From a virus (Duplodnaviria > Caudoviricetes), in the IMG/VR virus record IMGVR_UViG_3300044998_001165, positions 1 to 51,939 of that record: 51,939 nucleotides of DNA; one strand, written 5' to 3'. How positions within the stretch are numbered: position 1 is the first letter of the stretch; every line of letters begins with the position of its first letter. This document shows positions 7,442 through 17,665 of this stretch, piece by piece. The notes beneath the pieces were generated by a model that saw only the letters and a list, made by a program, of their open reading frames with translations, was not told the DNA's origin and made no database searches. The position numbers and the translations under genes are program-made.

Positions 7442-8736
7442 GGTTTTTGATAACTAATAAAGTCTGATAGCCAAGCATTCACCGCGTAACGAAAACAGTC
7501 TAACAAGTGTCCGCGCTTGAGGTCGGATTTGTCAATACTGTTGCCTTTCATCTGAATACTCGACAAGTCCTCAATCAAGCCTTTGCACTGTGAATCTATT
7601 TTAATATTTCTATGATTTTGTAAAACTGAATTGACCAATATTTGTGAACTTCTGTGTTCAGGATTTCGGGGCGATACTTCCAACAGACTATCCGACACAC
7701 CCAGCGTTCGTGTGATCTGATCGTAATGCGAACCCAAGCTAAGGGATAGGCTCGACCGGTTGCGTCCGCTGGCATCGCCCGTGATCCCAACGATCCGCCG
7801 ATTGTATTTTGATAGAATGCGCCGGCACAATTCCGCCACATCAGCATTCTCGACTGCAAATTCATCCACCACATAGAATTCTGCCATGCCTTTGTGTTGA
7901 ATGACGATACAAGTCATCGGATTAACATTAAAGTCAAAGGACAAATACAAAGGCAAACCCGGCACATACAGCCCACTCGAAACATGTTTCGTAGAATTAA
8001 AGGCATAAGCAAACAAGGTATCGGTCGGCACCAGCAGTTCACCTAATATCTCGCGTCGGTACGTCCGATCATCATACATATTTTTTAGTGAATCCAAGTA
8101 ATCCTTGGGCAAATTGCCTTTGTTGGCATAACTTGTCCCAAAGACGAACTTGATTTCAGGATCGTTACTTTCATGAATTGACCTAAGAAACAAGATGTCT
8201 TTGGCGGTGCGGGGCGGGGTGAAAGCATAGTTGATCCGGTGCTTCATGCCCAATTTCTTAAAAGTATTTCCCCGTAACCGTCCGAGCAAAACGTTGCGTG
8301 CCTCCTGCTGAACGTCTTGAAATTCGTCAATGAATATCCGGTCGAACTCCGTCCCCCGCTGAGAATCAAAATTTTCCAAACCATCCAATACCATATAACT
8401 GCCCCAGCACGTTGTTAATATCTTGTTGTTATTTACATTTGAATAGGCAGGCACGCCCCAACTTTGAGGCGGTATTTGATTCACTACGTAATGAACATTT
8501 TTAATAAAACCCATACGTTCCCAAACCGCCTGCACTTGTACGATGGTTGAATTTTTTAACATCTTAACAGTTGGCGCAAACAAGCCCGATACTGAGCGCG
8601 GAATGACCAAGGTCTGATAACTGGATGCGCCGAGAAAAAAAGACTTACCCATCCCCACACCGCCGACCAGAAAAGTCTCCCGGGCTTGGGAGCGCATCGC
8701 ATCAGCTTGCGGGCGATTCAGTTGCAGGGTTATCAT
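7429..8736 (-). CDS. terL: Terminase large subunit
   Basis: Walker A GGVGMGKS, Walker B IFIDE, coupling motif FTPP, nuclease domain SFDFNVNP...GDASG...HLLDCFRY. Confidence 0.93.
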   Translation of the reverse strand: MITLQLNRPQADAMRSQARETFLVGGVGMGKSFFLGASSYQTLVIPRSVSGLFAPTVKMLKNSTIVQVQAVWERMGFIKNVHYVVNQIPPQSWGVPAYSNVNNNKILTTCWGSYMVLDGLENFDSQRGTEFDRIFIDEFQDVQQEARNVLLGRLRGNTFKKLGMKHRINYAFTPPRTAKDILFLRSIHESNDPEIKFVFGTSYANKGNLPKDYLDSLKNMYDDRTYRREILGELLVPTDTLFAYAFNSTKHVSSGLYVPGLPLYLSFDFNVNPMTCIVIQHKGMAEFYVVDEFAVENADVAELCRRILSKYNRRIVGITGDASGRNRSSLSLSLGSHYDQITRTLGVSDSLLEVSPRNPEHRSSQILVNSVLQNHRNIKIDSQCKGLIEDLSSIQMKGNSIDKSDLKRGHLLDCFRYAVNAWLSDFISYQKPWVG

Positions 8737-9127
8737 CGGGGGCTAATAGGTTAACGTTCGGCGGAGTAGCAATCGGTTGGGTAAAGGTTATCACTTGGCG
8801 ATCCAATCCCAAGATTTTGATCCGGCGATCCAACACTGCCAAACAATCCTTCACATCGCCTTTCTCACGACTGATCTTATATAAATCATTGAGTTTTTCT
8901 AATATAATAGATGCTTCATAAGTTGCGTTTTTTTCATATTCACTTCTCAACAACTTAAATACCTTTCGTACTAAATTGCCTGCCTGTGGTTTACCTAAAC
9001 CAAAATTAGATATACTAAATTCAACCAATGAATTGAATTGCATACCTTCGGCAATTTTATTCCGTAAAATGGAAAATCTGCGCTCCATTTCTAATTGACT
9101 TGCTCTGGTCGGATATTCTTTTTCCAT
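8702..9127 (-). CDS. Probable terminase small subunit (start ATG 9127)
   Basis: Helical 141-aa ORF overlapping the terL start; KILGLD motif; the upstream extension in the track is origin repeat DNA. Confidence 0.65.
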   Translation of the reverse strand: MEKEYPTRASQLEMERRFSILRNKIAEGMQFNSLVEFSISNFGLGKPQAGNLVRKVFKLLRSEYEKNATYEASIILEKLNDLYKISREKGDVKDCLAVLDRRIKILGLDRQVITFTQPIATPPNVNLLAPDDNPATESPAS

Positions 9128-9208
9128 AATTAAGACGATTAGGACAAGTGGAGACAAATAAACACAGAACCCTAATCCGGCAGGCTTTGGTGTCAAACGA
9201 TTTTTCTC

Positions 9209-9640
9209 TTGCCCCGAGTTGCCCCGAGTTGCCCCACGCGTTAACTTATGAATGCCCCGAGTTGCCCCAGCTTGCCCCACGCGTTAAGAATGGGTAAATT
9301 CTATTAATTCAAACGTTAAACAGCCTCATTATCAGCGCGTTTTTTTAGTTAAAATATGTTTGCCCCGAGTGCCCCAGCCGAATTTGCACTATTTCTATAT
9401 AGAGAGCAGAGATATATAGGCTTAAGATAGACGATTAAGTCCTATACTATTTTTTTTTCTACAGCCTGTCAATTACTTTTTAGCTGGGGCACTCGGGGCA
9501 AACATATTTTAACCTTTTTAGTTCATTGATTATCAAGCACTTTAACAAATTCTATAACATAATTTACCCATTTTTGGGGGCTGGGGCAAGCTGGGGCAAC
9601 TCGGGGCATTCATAAGTTAATAGATGTTTATGCTGGGGCA
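9209..9640. repeat. Iteron-rich nested inverted repeat, probable replication origin
   Basis: Perfect 39-bp IR (9241-9279/9582-9620), 31-bp IR (9348-9378/9483-9513), 12-bp IR (9289-9300/9561-9572); TGCCCC iterons flip orientation around an AT-rich centre; directly downstream of the primase-helicase. Confidence 0.85.
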
Positions 9641-9651
9641 TAATTGAGCAT

Positions 9652-9681
9652 AAAAAAAAATCCACTTTAGGCGGATTTTTT
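9652..9681 (-). terminator. Intrinsic terminator after primase-helicase
   Basis: AAAAATCC...GGATTTTT hairpin with A/T tracts on both sides. Confidence 0.6.
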
Positions 9682-9704
9682 ATGAATAGATTAATCTAAA
9701 ATAA

Positions 9705-12215
9705 TCATAAAGCCTCTATCTTATATTCACGAGGTTCTTTTTTGCCGGTCATGGGGTCTCTTTTACGAGGCTGTTCGGTCAGTTTCCATTTATTCATCTT
9801 ACAGAAATAGGTCAACCGTAATTTCATGGTTTCGCTACGCATGGAAAAATGTTTATTAACGGCATTGGTATACTTTACGATAAAACCATGTAAAGTATCC
9901 ATACATCCAACCGTTAGATTAGTGTCCGCCCATTCCAAAAATTCTGCACCACAAACCTGACGGGCTTTCCGGCTTTCCATATTGATCTTATTGTATTGCA
10001 TGAATCCGTTTGAAAGGAATTTCTCCAAACAATGAAGCATGTAGTTATCAAATAAAGCCCACTGATGGTCGTTCCAGTCATCGAAAAGCAGGTGTCCGAA
10101 CTCATCTAAGGGCGTGTAGTCCGGCGTATAGTAGGGGGCAAATTCCAAGAGGAAAGTACGTCGTTCATAAGATTTGCCCTCACCGGTCAGGACAAAATTG
10201 GTGGCGATGCAGAATTTCGGAGAAGCCTCAAAAGGAATATCAAACGATTGTTTATTTTTCTTTTCGACCTCTAAATTCTCGGTGATGGAGGAAAATAACC
10301 CGTTAAAATCGAACCGTTTGGGTACGTCGGAATAGAATAGAACGCGGGTATCGTGGGTGTATTTTTGAAAATTAAACTGCCCTCGAGAGTCGTAATCTTT
10401 GAGGTTGAGTACCTTGGTCATGTGTTGAATACCCTGCATAAACAAGCCCTTTCCGGTACCTCCGTTTGCCTCATTAGTATTCTCCGCATCCTGCTCATCC
10501 ATGAGTACGACCGCCTTAGCCACCGCCTTATTTTTGTATTGGTGGATCAGGTAACCGATGGCGGTTTCAAAAGCATTTAAGCGGGCAACGGAGGCTTGAT
10601 TAACGGTTTGTCCCTCCCGGACTCTGTTGCCCGAAATGGTGTAAATAAAATAAGAAAATTCATTAGATTTATCATATAATTTGGTTTCTTTAGGGCTAAT
10701 TTCCTGATAATCACGGGGCAAAATACTTGATTTCCAAACCAAACCGTCTAAGGATTCATAGGGCTTAAACGTCCTGTCTGTCGTGGTCTCCGTGAGTATT
10801 TCATTAGGGATAAATTCAAAGGTTTCTGTTTTAGAATGAATGTGTACATATCCGTTTTTGTAAAAAACATAGGCGTTAAAACGATCATCTTTTTTGATAC
10901 TTGATAGGTCATTTTTCTCGATTTCCTGCAAAAGATAGTCGGAATAAAGCTCCTTGAGCATCTTGCAATAAGTGCCGTACACTGCTTCGGACTTGACCTC
11001 TTGCAGGATATAATCAGACACAATGTCCTGTATTTGTTTTTTACTGACCTGCTCCACAATGTTGTTGACAATCCGAACAAAAACGGGTTCATCGGGGCTA
11101 ATGAACCATTTTCGGAAGCCAATTTCGTTCAGAAAATAGATAAAACGGGGGCGTTCAATCACTGCTTTACGCCTGCCATTATCGTCCTCTTCGTAATGCC
11201 AAAAGACTAATGGGTTGCGTTTCGGGGGCGTAAAACCAACCGCTTTGGCATAGTGGACAATCGTCCCAAAGGTGTATTTTTTATCATTCGGGGGTGGGTT
11301 TTGGACGTAGTTTTTAAGATATTTACAAATTTCAGCAAACTCCTTGGGTTTGAATTTGCCCTCATCTAACATGGATAATTGCCGATACCAATATTCCGCG
11401 ACTTCAGGCTCAAACGTGCGAAAGAGTGCAATCCCTACCGCATTCCACTGTTCATATTCAAAAGTTATGGAAAGGTTATTTTTAGTCAGGTATTCGGTGA
11501 TCTGCTCAATCCGCAGTAGATTATGTTTCAGATCGCCTGCTTTTTTACTTTCGGCGGATTCCTTTTCCGATTTTTTAGCGGGGGCTTTCGGCTCTGCCTT
11601 TACTTCCGGCGGATTTTTGACCACAAAGGGGAGCGCATCTCTATTGATGTAGATTTCGGGATCGCAAGACAGGAAGCAATTGCGGGTGATGTCTTTATTC
11701 TTCTGATCTGAGGATGTGAATTGGGAGGCAAAATATTTTTCTACCTGCATCCAAGCCCTTGTTTCGTGGAAATCCGTCCACTTTTCGGCAGTGGAGGCAA
11801 CGGGGCTGTCCGGCTCAACTTTTACCAATACCTTAACGCCCTTGCCGGATGGTGAGATAAAACAAGCCCAAACATAGGGGTTGTTAGCCAAACGGCTTTT
11901 AAGTTCGTCCGGCGTGATGCCCAGCGTTGCAAGCTGATCCGCATCGTAATCCAAGCCGACGACAAAATTGTATTCGGTGATCTTATCTTTTTGCCGAATG
12001 CCCTCATAACATCCGCTGATGGTTATGTAGGGCAATTCGGTGGTTTTGATCCGGTTTTGGTCTTCCTTTTTGACTTTCGAGCGAATGCGCCCGCATATTT
12101 CATCCAAGGTGTCGGAGGTTTCTATCATCTCAAACACCTGTTCATAATCTATCTGCTCAAAACGAACCGGAGGCTTGCGAAAGACCCCCGGTTCCCATAA
12201 TGTTACCTTTGTCAT
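9705..12215 (-). CDS. Primase-helicase: BT4734/VirE-N-like N-terminus, PriCT-2, C-terminal P-loop NTPase
   Basis: KTTELPYITISG, GLDYD, FISPSGKGVKV; YEQWNAVGIAL (PriCT-2); ANGGTGKG Walker A and ATNF motif C. Confidence 0.85.
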   Translation of the reverse strand: MTKVTLWEPGVFRKPPVRFEQIDYEQVFEMIETSDTLDEICGRIRSKVKKEDQNRIKTTELPYITISGCYEGIRQKDKITEYNFVVGLDYDADQLATLGITPDELKSRLANNPYVWACFISPSGKGVKVLVKVEPDSPVASTAEKWTDFHETRAWMQVEKYFASQFTSSDQKNKDITRNCFLSCDPEIYINRDALPFVVKNPPEVKAEPKAPAKKSEKESAESKKAGDLKHNLLRIEQITEYLTKNNLSITFEYEQWNAVGIALFRTFEPEVAEYWYRQLSMLDEGKFKPKEFAEICKYLKNYVQNPPPNDKKYTFGTIVHYAKAVGFTPPKRNPLVFWHYEEDDNGRRKAVIERPRFIYFLNEIGFRKWFISPDEPVFVRIVNNIVEQVSKKQIQDIVSDYILQEVKSEAVYGTYCKMLKELYSDYLLQEIEKNDLSSIKKDDRFNAYVFYKNGYVHIHSKTETFEFIPNEILTETTTDRTFKPYESLDGLVWKSSILPRDYQEISPKETKLYDKSNEFSYFIYTISGNRVREGQTVNQASVARLNAFETAIGYLIHQYKNKAVAKAVVLMDEQDAENTNEANGGTGKGLFMQGIQHMTKVLNLKDYDSRGQFNFQKYTHDTRVLFYSDVPKRFDFNGLFSSITENLEVEKKNKQSFDIPFEASPKFCIATNFVLTGEGKSYERRTFLLEFAPYYTPDYTPLDEFGHLLFDDWNDHQWALFDNYMLHCLEKFLSNGFMQYNKINMESRKARQVCGAEFLEWADTNLTVGCMDTLHGFIVKYTNAVNKHFSMRSETMKLRLTYFCKMNKWKLTEQPRKRDPMTGKKEPREYKIEAL

Positions 12216-12511
12216 GGATGACCATTTCTGTTTGTTTTGAAATAATGGTTAGCGTCCACCAACCATTTCGCCCCTTGTTTTTTCGCTTTGATCCGACCAT
12301 CTCGGCACGCCGTTCGGATGGTGATTGGCGATACTGCGTTATTCATTCGGCTAACCAATGTGTCCACGTCTACCCAATCTTCCTCGTTGCTTAGGGCTAT
12401 TTCCCTTCCGATCCGCACCCCCTCCGCTATCGCCGCCGTCAGTATTTCGGGAGTAATGAGGAGGTAAGTGTTTTGCGGTAAACCCTGTAAAAGTTGTTGA
12501 AAATCACTCAT
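12212..12511 (-). CDS. Excisionase-like HTH DNA-binding protein (start ATG 12511)
   Basis: VSPITIRTACRDGRIKAKKQGAKWLV HTH_17-like signature. Confidence 0.75.
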   Translation of the reverse strand: MSDFQQLLQGLPQNTYLLITPEILTAAIAEGVRIGREIALSNEEDWVDVDTLVSRMNNAVSPITIRTACRDGRIKAKKQGAKWLVDANHYFKTNRNGHP

Positions 12512-12872
12512 ACAGCAACGAATCTGGTAAATGGTTGGCATCAAAAGCGATCTTAGTGATGAACGTTCTCCGCACCGCATCCGCAGCGGGCAGGTAGTAC
12601 GGATAAGTGTTATCGGCAAGACAATTGATGAAATTCTCATGCGCCCGAATCCGCCGTTCGGCTCTGGCTAAATGGAGTCGAAATTCCACTTCTTTCTGCC
12701 GAATTAAGCTACTGTGTCCAAGCAAATCGAAGTATTGCTCCTGCCAAAATTCCACTTTAGCAGTGAGTTCTCGATGCTCCCTGCTTTGCTCGTAATACCT
12801 GCCAAACTGAACGCAGGCGAACGCCAAAGCACTGAGTAAAATAGCTCGCAAAATATGTTTATTAGTTTTCAT
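12504..12872 (-). CDS. Hypothetical protein with N-terminal membrane anchor and coiled coil
   Basis: ILRAILLSALAFACVQF hydrophobic N-terminus. Confidence 0.7.
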   Translation of the reverse strand: MKTNKHILRAILLSALAFACVQFGRYYEQSREHRELTAKVEFWQEQYFDLLGHSSLIRQKEVEFRLHLARAERRIRAHENFINCLADNTYPYYLPAADAVRRTFITKIAFDANHLPDSLLYE

Positions 12873-12944
12873 TTTAGTAAGTCAAAAAAATGGGGTACTC
12901 AAAAGCCTTCTTAAAGACCCCATTTGAATCAAAAATCAACTACA

Positions 12945-13472
12945 TTAAGCCACTTTTAGTCGTGTGGTTTGGATCAGGCGACAGAGTACCACGCCGTCAT
13001 CCGTTTTCAATTCCGTTTCTCCTTGCTCGGTCAGATATTGTTTAAGTGCGGTCTTGGGAACGTCCCGCGTGATGCGGACAAATTCGGCGGGGAAGTGGGA
13101 AATATGTTGCTCATAGACCTCAACGGAAACGGGATTTTTTTGAATGCTGAAGGTGTAGACACCGGCATTTACCTTTTGCTTATCCATCCTCTCGAGAATG
13201 AGTTTGATCCGATCACGCAATACGTCAGCAGAGCGTCCGTAGCGGGCTTTCTTTGCCTGCAATTTTTTGATCGCTTCTGCTAAGAGCTTCTCTTGTCCCT
13301 CTAAACCGTCAAGGACGTGTCCGCACGCCTCTAATTTGGCTGAAAGGTCTTTTTCCCAATCCGCGAACAGCTCCTCAAAAACCGCCTCCTGTCCGGTGAT
13401 GTCGCCCTCTGCCTCTTCAATCAGTTCAAAGAGGGCGAAATAATCCTGTTGAAGTTCAAATAATGTTTTCAT
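12945..13472 (-). CDS. Siphovirus Gp157 family protein
   Basis: MKTLFELQQDY..., KLEACG, coiled coil, TFSIQKNPVSV, KTALKQYL pattern; next to the recombinase. Confidence 0.85.
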   Translation of the reverse strand: MKTLFELQQDYFALFELIEEAEGDITGQEAVFEELFADWEKDLSAKLEACGHVLDGLEGQEKLLAEAIKKLQAKKARYGRSADVLRDRIKLILERMDKQKVNAGVYTFSIQKNPVSVEVYEQHISHFPAEFVRITRDVPKTALKQYLTEQGETELKTDDGVVLCRLIQTTRLKVA

Positions 13473-13475
13473 GTT

Positions 13476-15212
13476 TTAGGCGCGTAAGGCGTTTTTAAGT
13501 TGTTGACGTTTATCCATGTAATACTTCTTGAGAGCGTTGTTTTGGTGATGCTTCCGGTCAAGCGAATCCCAATAGGCGACCAGTTTAGCCTCATCGTTCA
13601 TGCCTGCGATCTTGTCCTTAATTTCCTGCTGAAAACGGACATCATCGGGCGTGAGTTTGGGCGTTTGGGAGGCTTTCTTTGCCTTGATTTTGGCTAAATC
13701 ATCATCGGTAGGCTTCCAAGACGGATCATAACCCAACTGCTCGCGGGCGACCTTCATCAGGCTATTCCAACGGGTATTAAAACCGCCCCAAGCCTCCCCT
13801 TTACTGACCTTTTCGTCATACATCTTGTCAAAGTTGCTTTGGAAATTATCCGGGTTGAGGCAGGAAGGATACATCTCTTTGGCGAAGTTGCAGGCATCTT
13901 CCGGTTCTAACTCATTCATCAGCGCGGAGCAGACCTTCATCCAAATGATGTAGTTACTTTTATCGGTGTCCGGAATCCACTCTACGCTTTTTGCCTGCAT
14001 GAAAAGCAAGATGTTATGAATCCGACCTAACTTATCGGCGTACTCATCCTGTGAAGGCGGTGCGGGGGTAGGGGCAGGATTGCGTTTTTCATGGACACGT
14101 TCAAGGGCTTTATTCAAGTAAGCCAATGCTCCTGTTGCATCTTGATTGCTCAGCTTGGTCAACGTCGTTTGCTTTATTGTTTGGAATTGCTCAGCGTTTA
14201 GGCAATCGGTTGATGCCTCCAAAGTGTCCAAAAGCGACTGCATTTCGGGCGTTAACAGGGGTGTTGCAAGCAGTTGTTCAGATTCAGTCAAGTCGCTTTC
14301 GGGGGGCATTCGGGCATCCGTGCGACTTTTCAGATTAGCTAATGCCTGTGTTCTTTCAACTTTATCTAAAGCCTTTTTCAGGTAATCCAAGCAAGCAATA
14401 CTCCCTTCTTGCTCCCATTTGCTTCGAGCGATTCGTTTTAGGTCTCGGAATGCGTCAAGAGTTAGGTGGTTTGATTGCTGTATTTTGTCAAGGATTATCT
14501 GCATTTCGCTATCCCAATCCGTCTCAAGCTCTTCTTCCCACGGAACTTGCGATTTTTGCGCCGTAGCAGGCTGTAGAGCGACTTTTTCGGGTGCGGTGGC
14601 AGTTTGGGATAGGGCAAGGGCTTTGGCGGTCTCAGCGGGGACGGTGATGTGCTGAGCAGGCACGTTTAGTACCGGGTAGGCAGGATGTAAAAACTTACCC
14701 ATCACATTCCGAAGCAATTTCATGCGTAATGATTGCTCGCTCATCGCCAAGGGGTAGTTTTGCCAAGCTGTTTTTACGAATCCCTTTTTATCTTTCGGAA
14801 AGGTATTCGGATCAATCTCGCGGATCAAATAAAAAACAGGTCTGCCCTTCATGCGGATACCTATTTTGATGAATCGGGGTAATTTCCCCTTTGTGGAATC
14901 CGGGACATCCGCCCACGCATCATGCGGACTGTATTTGTAGAGGGTTTCGGTGAACCCATCGAAAAGCGGGTGCCGTTCGGCGATGGCAAACCATCCTTGT
15001 TTACTCAACTCCCATTTAATCACCCAACGATCATTCTCTTTAGCATTGGTTTGATAAAAACCTCCTGTGAAAATGCTGATCTGCATCAGATCACAAAGCA
15101 TGGACAGAAATTCTAAGTGCTTATTCGCCTCATCCCGGGGGAATTTTTGCAGGTCATAGATTGACAGCAGGTAATCCACCTCCGACGGCGTGTATCTGGC
15201 TAAGTAGCTCAT
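13476..15212 (-). CDS. RecT/Bet-like single-strand annealing protein with long repeat-containing C-terminus
   Basis: LSKQGWFAIAERHPLFDGF and AWQNYPLAM...LLRN motifs resemble RecT/Redbeta; adjacent to Gp157. Confidence 0.6.
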   Translation of the reverse strand: MSYLARYTPSEVDYLLSIYDLQKFPRDEANKHLEFLSMLCDLMQISIFTGGFYQTNAKENDRWVIKWELSKQGWFAIAERHPLFDGFTETLYKYSPHDAWADVPDSTKGKLPRFIKIGIRMKGRPVFYLIREIDPNTFPKDKKGFVKTAWQNYPLAMSEQSLRMKLLRNVMGKFLHPAYPVLNVPAQHITVPAETAKALALSQTATAPEKVALQPATAQKSQVPWEEELETDWDSEMQIILDKIQQSNHLTLDAFRDLKRIARSKWEQEGSIACLDYLKKALDKVERTQALANLKSRTDARMPPESDLTESEQLLATPLLTPEMQSLLDTLEASTDCLNAEQFQTIKQTTLTKLSNQDATGALAYLNKALERVHEKRNPAPTPAPPSQDEYADKLGRIHNILLFMQAKSVEWIPDTDKSNYIIWMKVCSALMNELEPEDACNFAKEMYPSCLNPDNFQSNFDKMYDEKVSKGEAWGGFNTRWNSLMKVAREQLGYDPSWKPTDDDLAKIKAKKASQTPKLTPDDVRFQQEIKDKIAGMNDEAKLVAYWDSLDRKHHQNNALKKYYMDKRQQLKNALRA

Positions 15213-15817
15213 CGCGTAACTTTTTGAAGGGATTGATAGTTGATTTGGCGGTTGCGGGTAAAAAGGAGCGTAATGCCGACATCACGGCGGACGAGTGAAT
15301 AAGTGTCGGAAAACATGCGGTCTTTCTCGACGGAATACCAATCCTGCAAATGGTTTGCCTTGATGGCGTTATGGACATACGGTACAAAATCCTCCAAGAT
15401 GGCGATGTAATTGTTCTCCATCGCGCTTTTGCAGGCTAAAAACACGGCATTTTCAAAGATGGAAGCGTGTAGCCGAAGCGGGCAAATGCCAAATTGCTTA
15501 TGCCAAAAAGGCGTTTTTTCGGATACTTTCAGGCGTTCACTGAATTTGTTTAAGACGAACTCCTCAAAGCGAAACCAATTCAGTTCCGAATGACTGCGGG
15601 GATCACCTTTGCCGGCAATAACTGCGAATTTCTTCTTGTGAGGCATTTCGGCAGGGGCTATCCGAAAGAACTCATGCGGAAGGCAAGCCGGGGTGATGAC
15701 TAAACTCCAGTTGAAGAGTTCGCGGCGTAAAAGCGAACCGGGGGCAAGGAGGCTTTGCTGATAATCGCTCAGGGCAACCTCGACGTTAAGGATTTGGGTT
15801 AAGGGTGTGTGAATCAT
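15209..15817 (-). CDS. Hypothetical protein
   Basis: 202-aa ORF with ATGA overlaps on both sides. Confidence 0.75.
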   Translation of the reverse strand: MIHTPLTQILNVEVALSDYQQSLLAPGSLLRRELFNWSLVITPACLPHEFFRIAPAEMPHKKKFAVIAGKGDPRSHSELNWFRFEEFVLNKFSERLKVSEKTPFWHKQFGICPLRLHASIFENAVFLACKSAMENNYIAILEDFVPYVHNAIKANHLQDWYSVEKDRMFSDTYSLVRRDVGITLLFTRNRQINYQSLQKVTR

Positions 15818-16149
15818 AGGGGTAAATCAAAAAGGGTGGCTTGGTGTTGAAAACATTTGAACTTGCGTTTGTAGTGGACGTAGGCGGTATTGTACTTGAT
15901 ACCGAGTTTGAGCGCGATCTGCCCGAAAGTTTTGCCTGCCAGTCGCATCTGCACAATCGTCTGCGAAATCTGGGGCGTGATGATCCGCTTTTCGAGGTAA
16001 AGCCCGATCCGATAGGCTTTATTCTTAATCGAGCAGACCGTCCGCTTGATCTTCTTAGTGAGCCATGCTGCCCCTTTTCTCAGGTAAAATCGCTTCAGAT
16101 CAGCGATCTCGGCAGATGACCATTTGCGTGGAGGGGTGGTGGATTGCAT
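15814..16149 (-). CDS. Basic DNA-binding protein with two HTH-like motifs
   Basis: WSSAEIADLKRFY...RTVCSIKNKAYRIGL and GKTFGQIALKLGIKYNTAY. Confidence 0.7.
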   Translation of the reverse strand: MQSTTPPRKWSSAEIADLKRFYLRKGAAWLTKKIKRTVCSIKNKAYRIGLYLEKRIITPQISQTIVQMRLAGKTFGQIALKLGIKYNTAYVHYKRKFKCFQHQATLFDLPL

Positions 16150-16163
16150 ATTATTCAGTAAGG

Positions 16164-16469
16164 TTAGAAAGCGATTTGAGATTGCAGAAAAGCCAAATCC
16201 TTGGTGTAAAAGGCGATCATGTGAGTGCAGTTGTCGATGGCTTGTGCGTAAGCCTCATTTTTTTCATCGTAAATGATAAGCGGGCGCAAAGAGTGGGGGT
16301 GCTGTTCCTCACCGTTGAGCGACCAGAGCCAACCGTCTCTGCCTCGATTTCCGTCTGCCCCGACCGGTGGTATTTGATGAAAGACGACTTGATGCACCTT
16401 GCTTGCATCCACGAGCCAGTACGGCGTTTCGGGGAGCAAATCGGTGGAATTGTCTAAATAGTGTGTCAT
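16164..16469 (-). CDS. Hypothetical protein
   Basis: 101-aa ORF in operon context. Confidence 0.65.
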   Translation of the reverse strand: MTHYLDNSTDLLPETPYWLVDASKVHQVVFHQIPPVGADGNRGRDGWLWSLNGEEQHPHSLRPLIIYDEKNEAYAQAIDNCTHMIAFYTKDLAFLQSQIAF

Positions 16470-16572
16470 TTTGAGATAAGTTTGGGTGTGTTTTTGGAAA
16501 AATGGTTGCGTTAAGGGCGTAAAAGGTCAGGCACGCCTTTCGGGTGCTTTTTTTGACTCATATAAACTTGTT

Positions 16573-17040
16573 TTAGCGGAGGGTTATAGGTAGGGTATCG
16601 CCGATGCCTTTCAGATATTCATCGCTCACGATAGCCCTAAATTTGTCTAAGGCATCAAAAAAATCCTTGATTTCAGGTTTTTTGAGCAGGAGCAAGACCA
16701 GCGAAATACGAGCATGAATAGAACAGGTTAATTTTTTCATGTTTCGCTCCACAACCGAAGGGTGTAACCAAATCGAACCGTCTGTTGTAGATTTCAAATA
16801 AGGCTTTTTAAGTACCGTCAGGTGGTCGTAATCCTCGGTAAGCACATAGTCGGGTGAGTCTAATTCATACATAAAGGCACTTTCACGAAAGGCGATGGAT
16901 TCAGGCAATACATTAAAGAAATAATCCGCCTTAAAGTAGCCCCATTGGGATACGATCACCTCATCACCTAACATAGGAAAGTGGATTGCCCTTTCAAACT
17001 GAAGGTCGTAATCACTCTTGTTTTTGTCTCTCGGATTCAT
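16573..17040 (-). CDS. Hypothetical protein (start ATG 17040)
   Basis: MNPRDK start removes the overlap with the upstream gene. Confidence 0.7.
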   Translation of the reverse strand: MNPRDKNKSDYDLQFERAIHFPMLGDEVIVSQWGYFKADYFFNVLPESIAFRESAFMYELDSPDYVLTEDYDHLTVLKKPYLKSTTDGSIWLHPSVVERNMKKLTCSIHARISLVLLLLKKPEIKDFFDALDKFRAIVSDEYLKGIGDTLPITLR

Positions 17041-17062
17041 TGTGTGGTAAAGTGTTTGAAGG

Positions 17063-17656
17063 TTAAATCTCACTGTAGAACTCACTGTAGTAGCCGTCAT
17101 CGTCCGATGCGCCCTGCACCACAAAGCCCGTATCTTCCACGATCTCCGGCAGGGAGTCCTCAATCTCGGATTCTAACCGGCGAAGCATCGCCTTGGTGAT
17201 CTTGTCCGTAAACTGAATCAGGGGCGCGTAGCCGTTTTTTTCCAAGCCTCGCCACTTTTCGCGTTTCATCACCAAGCGATCTTTGGAAGGCTTACCATCC
17301 AAACCGATTGCCGGCTCAAAGTCCGCCTCGGTCAAGATCACAGGCTTGTAGGTCGGAAACTTTTTGTAGCCCTCCCCGTCCTGCATATTCGGAACGGATT
17401 GCCTCGGACGACCCTCCGTAACCGGTGGTGTGGGTGGTGGTGTTGCCGGATAAGCCGTGCCATTGATCGGACGCGGTGCCGACGTTTGTAAGTGCGCCGG
17501 CAGGTAGTCTTGGTGGTTGAGGATGAACTCCTCAATGGCGCGGGCGTAGAGTGCTGCCTTAGATAACTTCATACCACTTGCGACAATGTCTGCCTTATGA
17601 GATAAATCAGTAGGGCAATCAATAGTCAATCGACTTAAAGTTTTTTCTTTAACCAT
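17063..17656 (-). CDS. Ribbon-helix-helix (CopG/Arc-like) regulator, first gene of the leftward operon
   Basis: SRLTIDCPTDLSHKADIVASGMKLSKAALYARAIEEFI N-terminus; Pro-rich linker; divergent from the repressor. Confidence 0.7.
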   Translation of the reverse strand: MVKEKTLSRLTIDCPTDLSHKADIVASGMKLSKAALYARAIEEFILNHQDYLPAHLQTSAPRPINGTAYPATPPPTPPVTEGRPRQSVPNMQDGEGYKKFPTYKPVILTEADFEPAIGLDGKPSKDRLVMKREKWRGLEKNGYAPLIQFTDKITKAMLRRLESEIEDSLPEIVEDTGFVVQGASDDDGYYSEFYSEI

Positions 17657-17665
17657 TTGCGTAAT

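Noticed and set aside
9128-9280. N-terminal extension of terS (GATRG repeats)
   Set aside because: It is a translation of origin iterons
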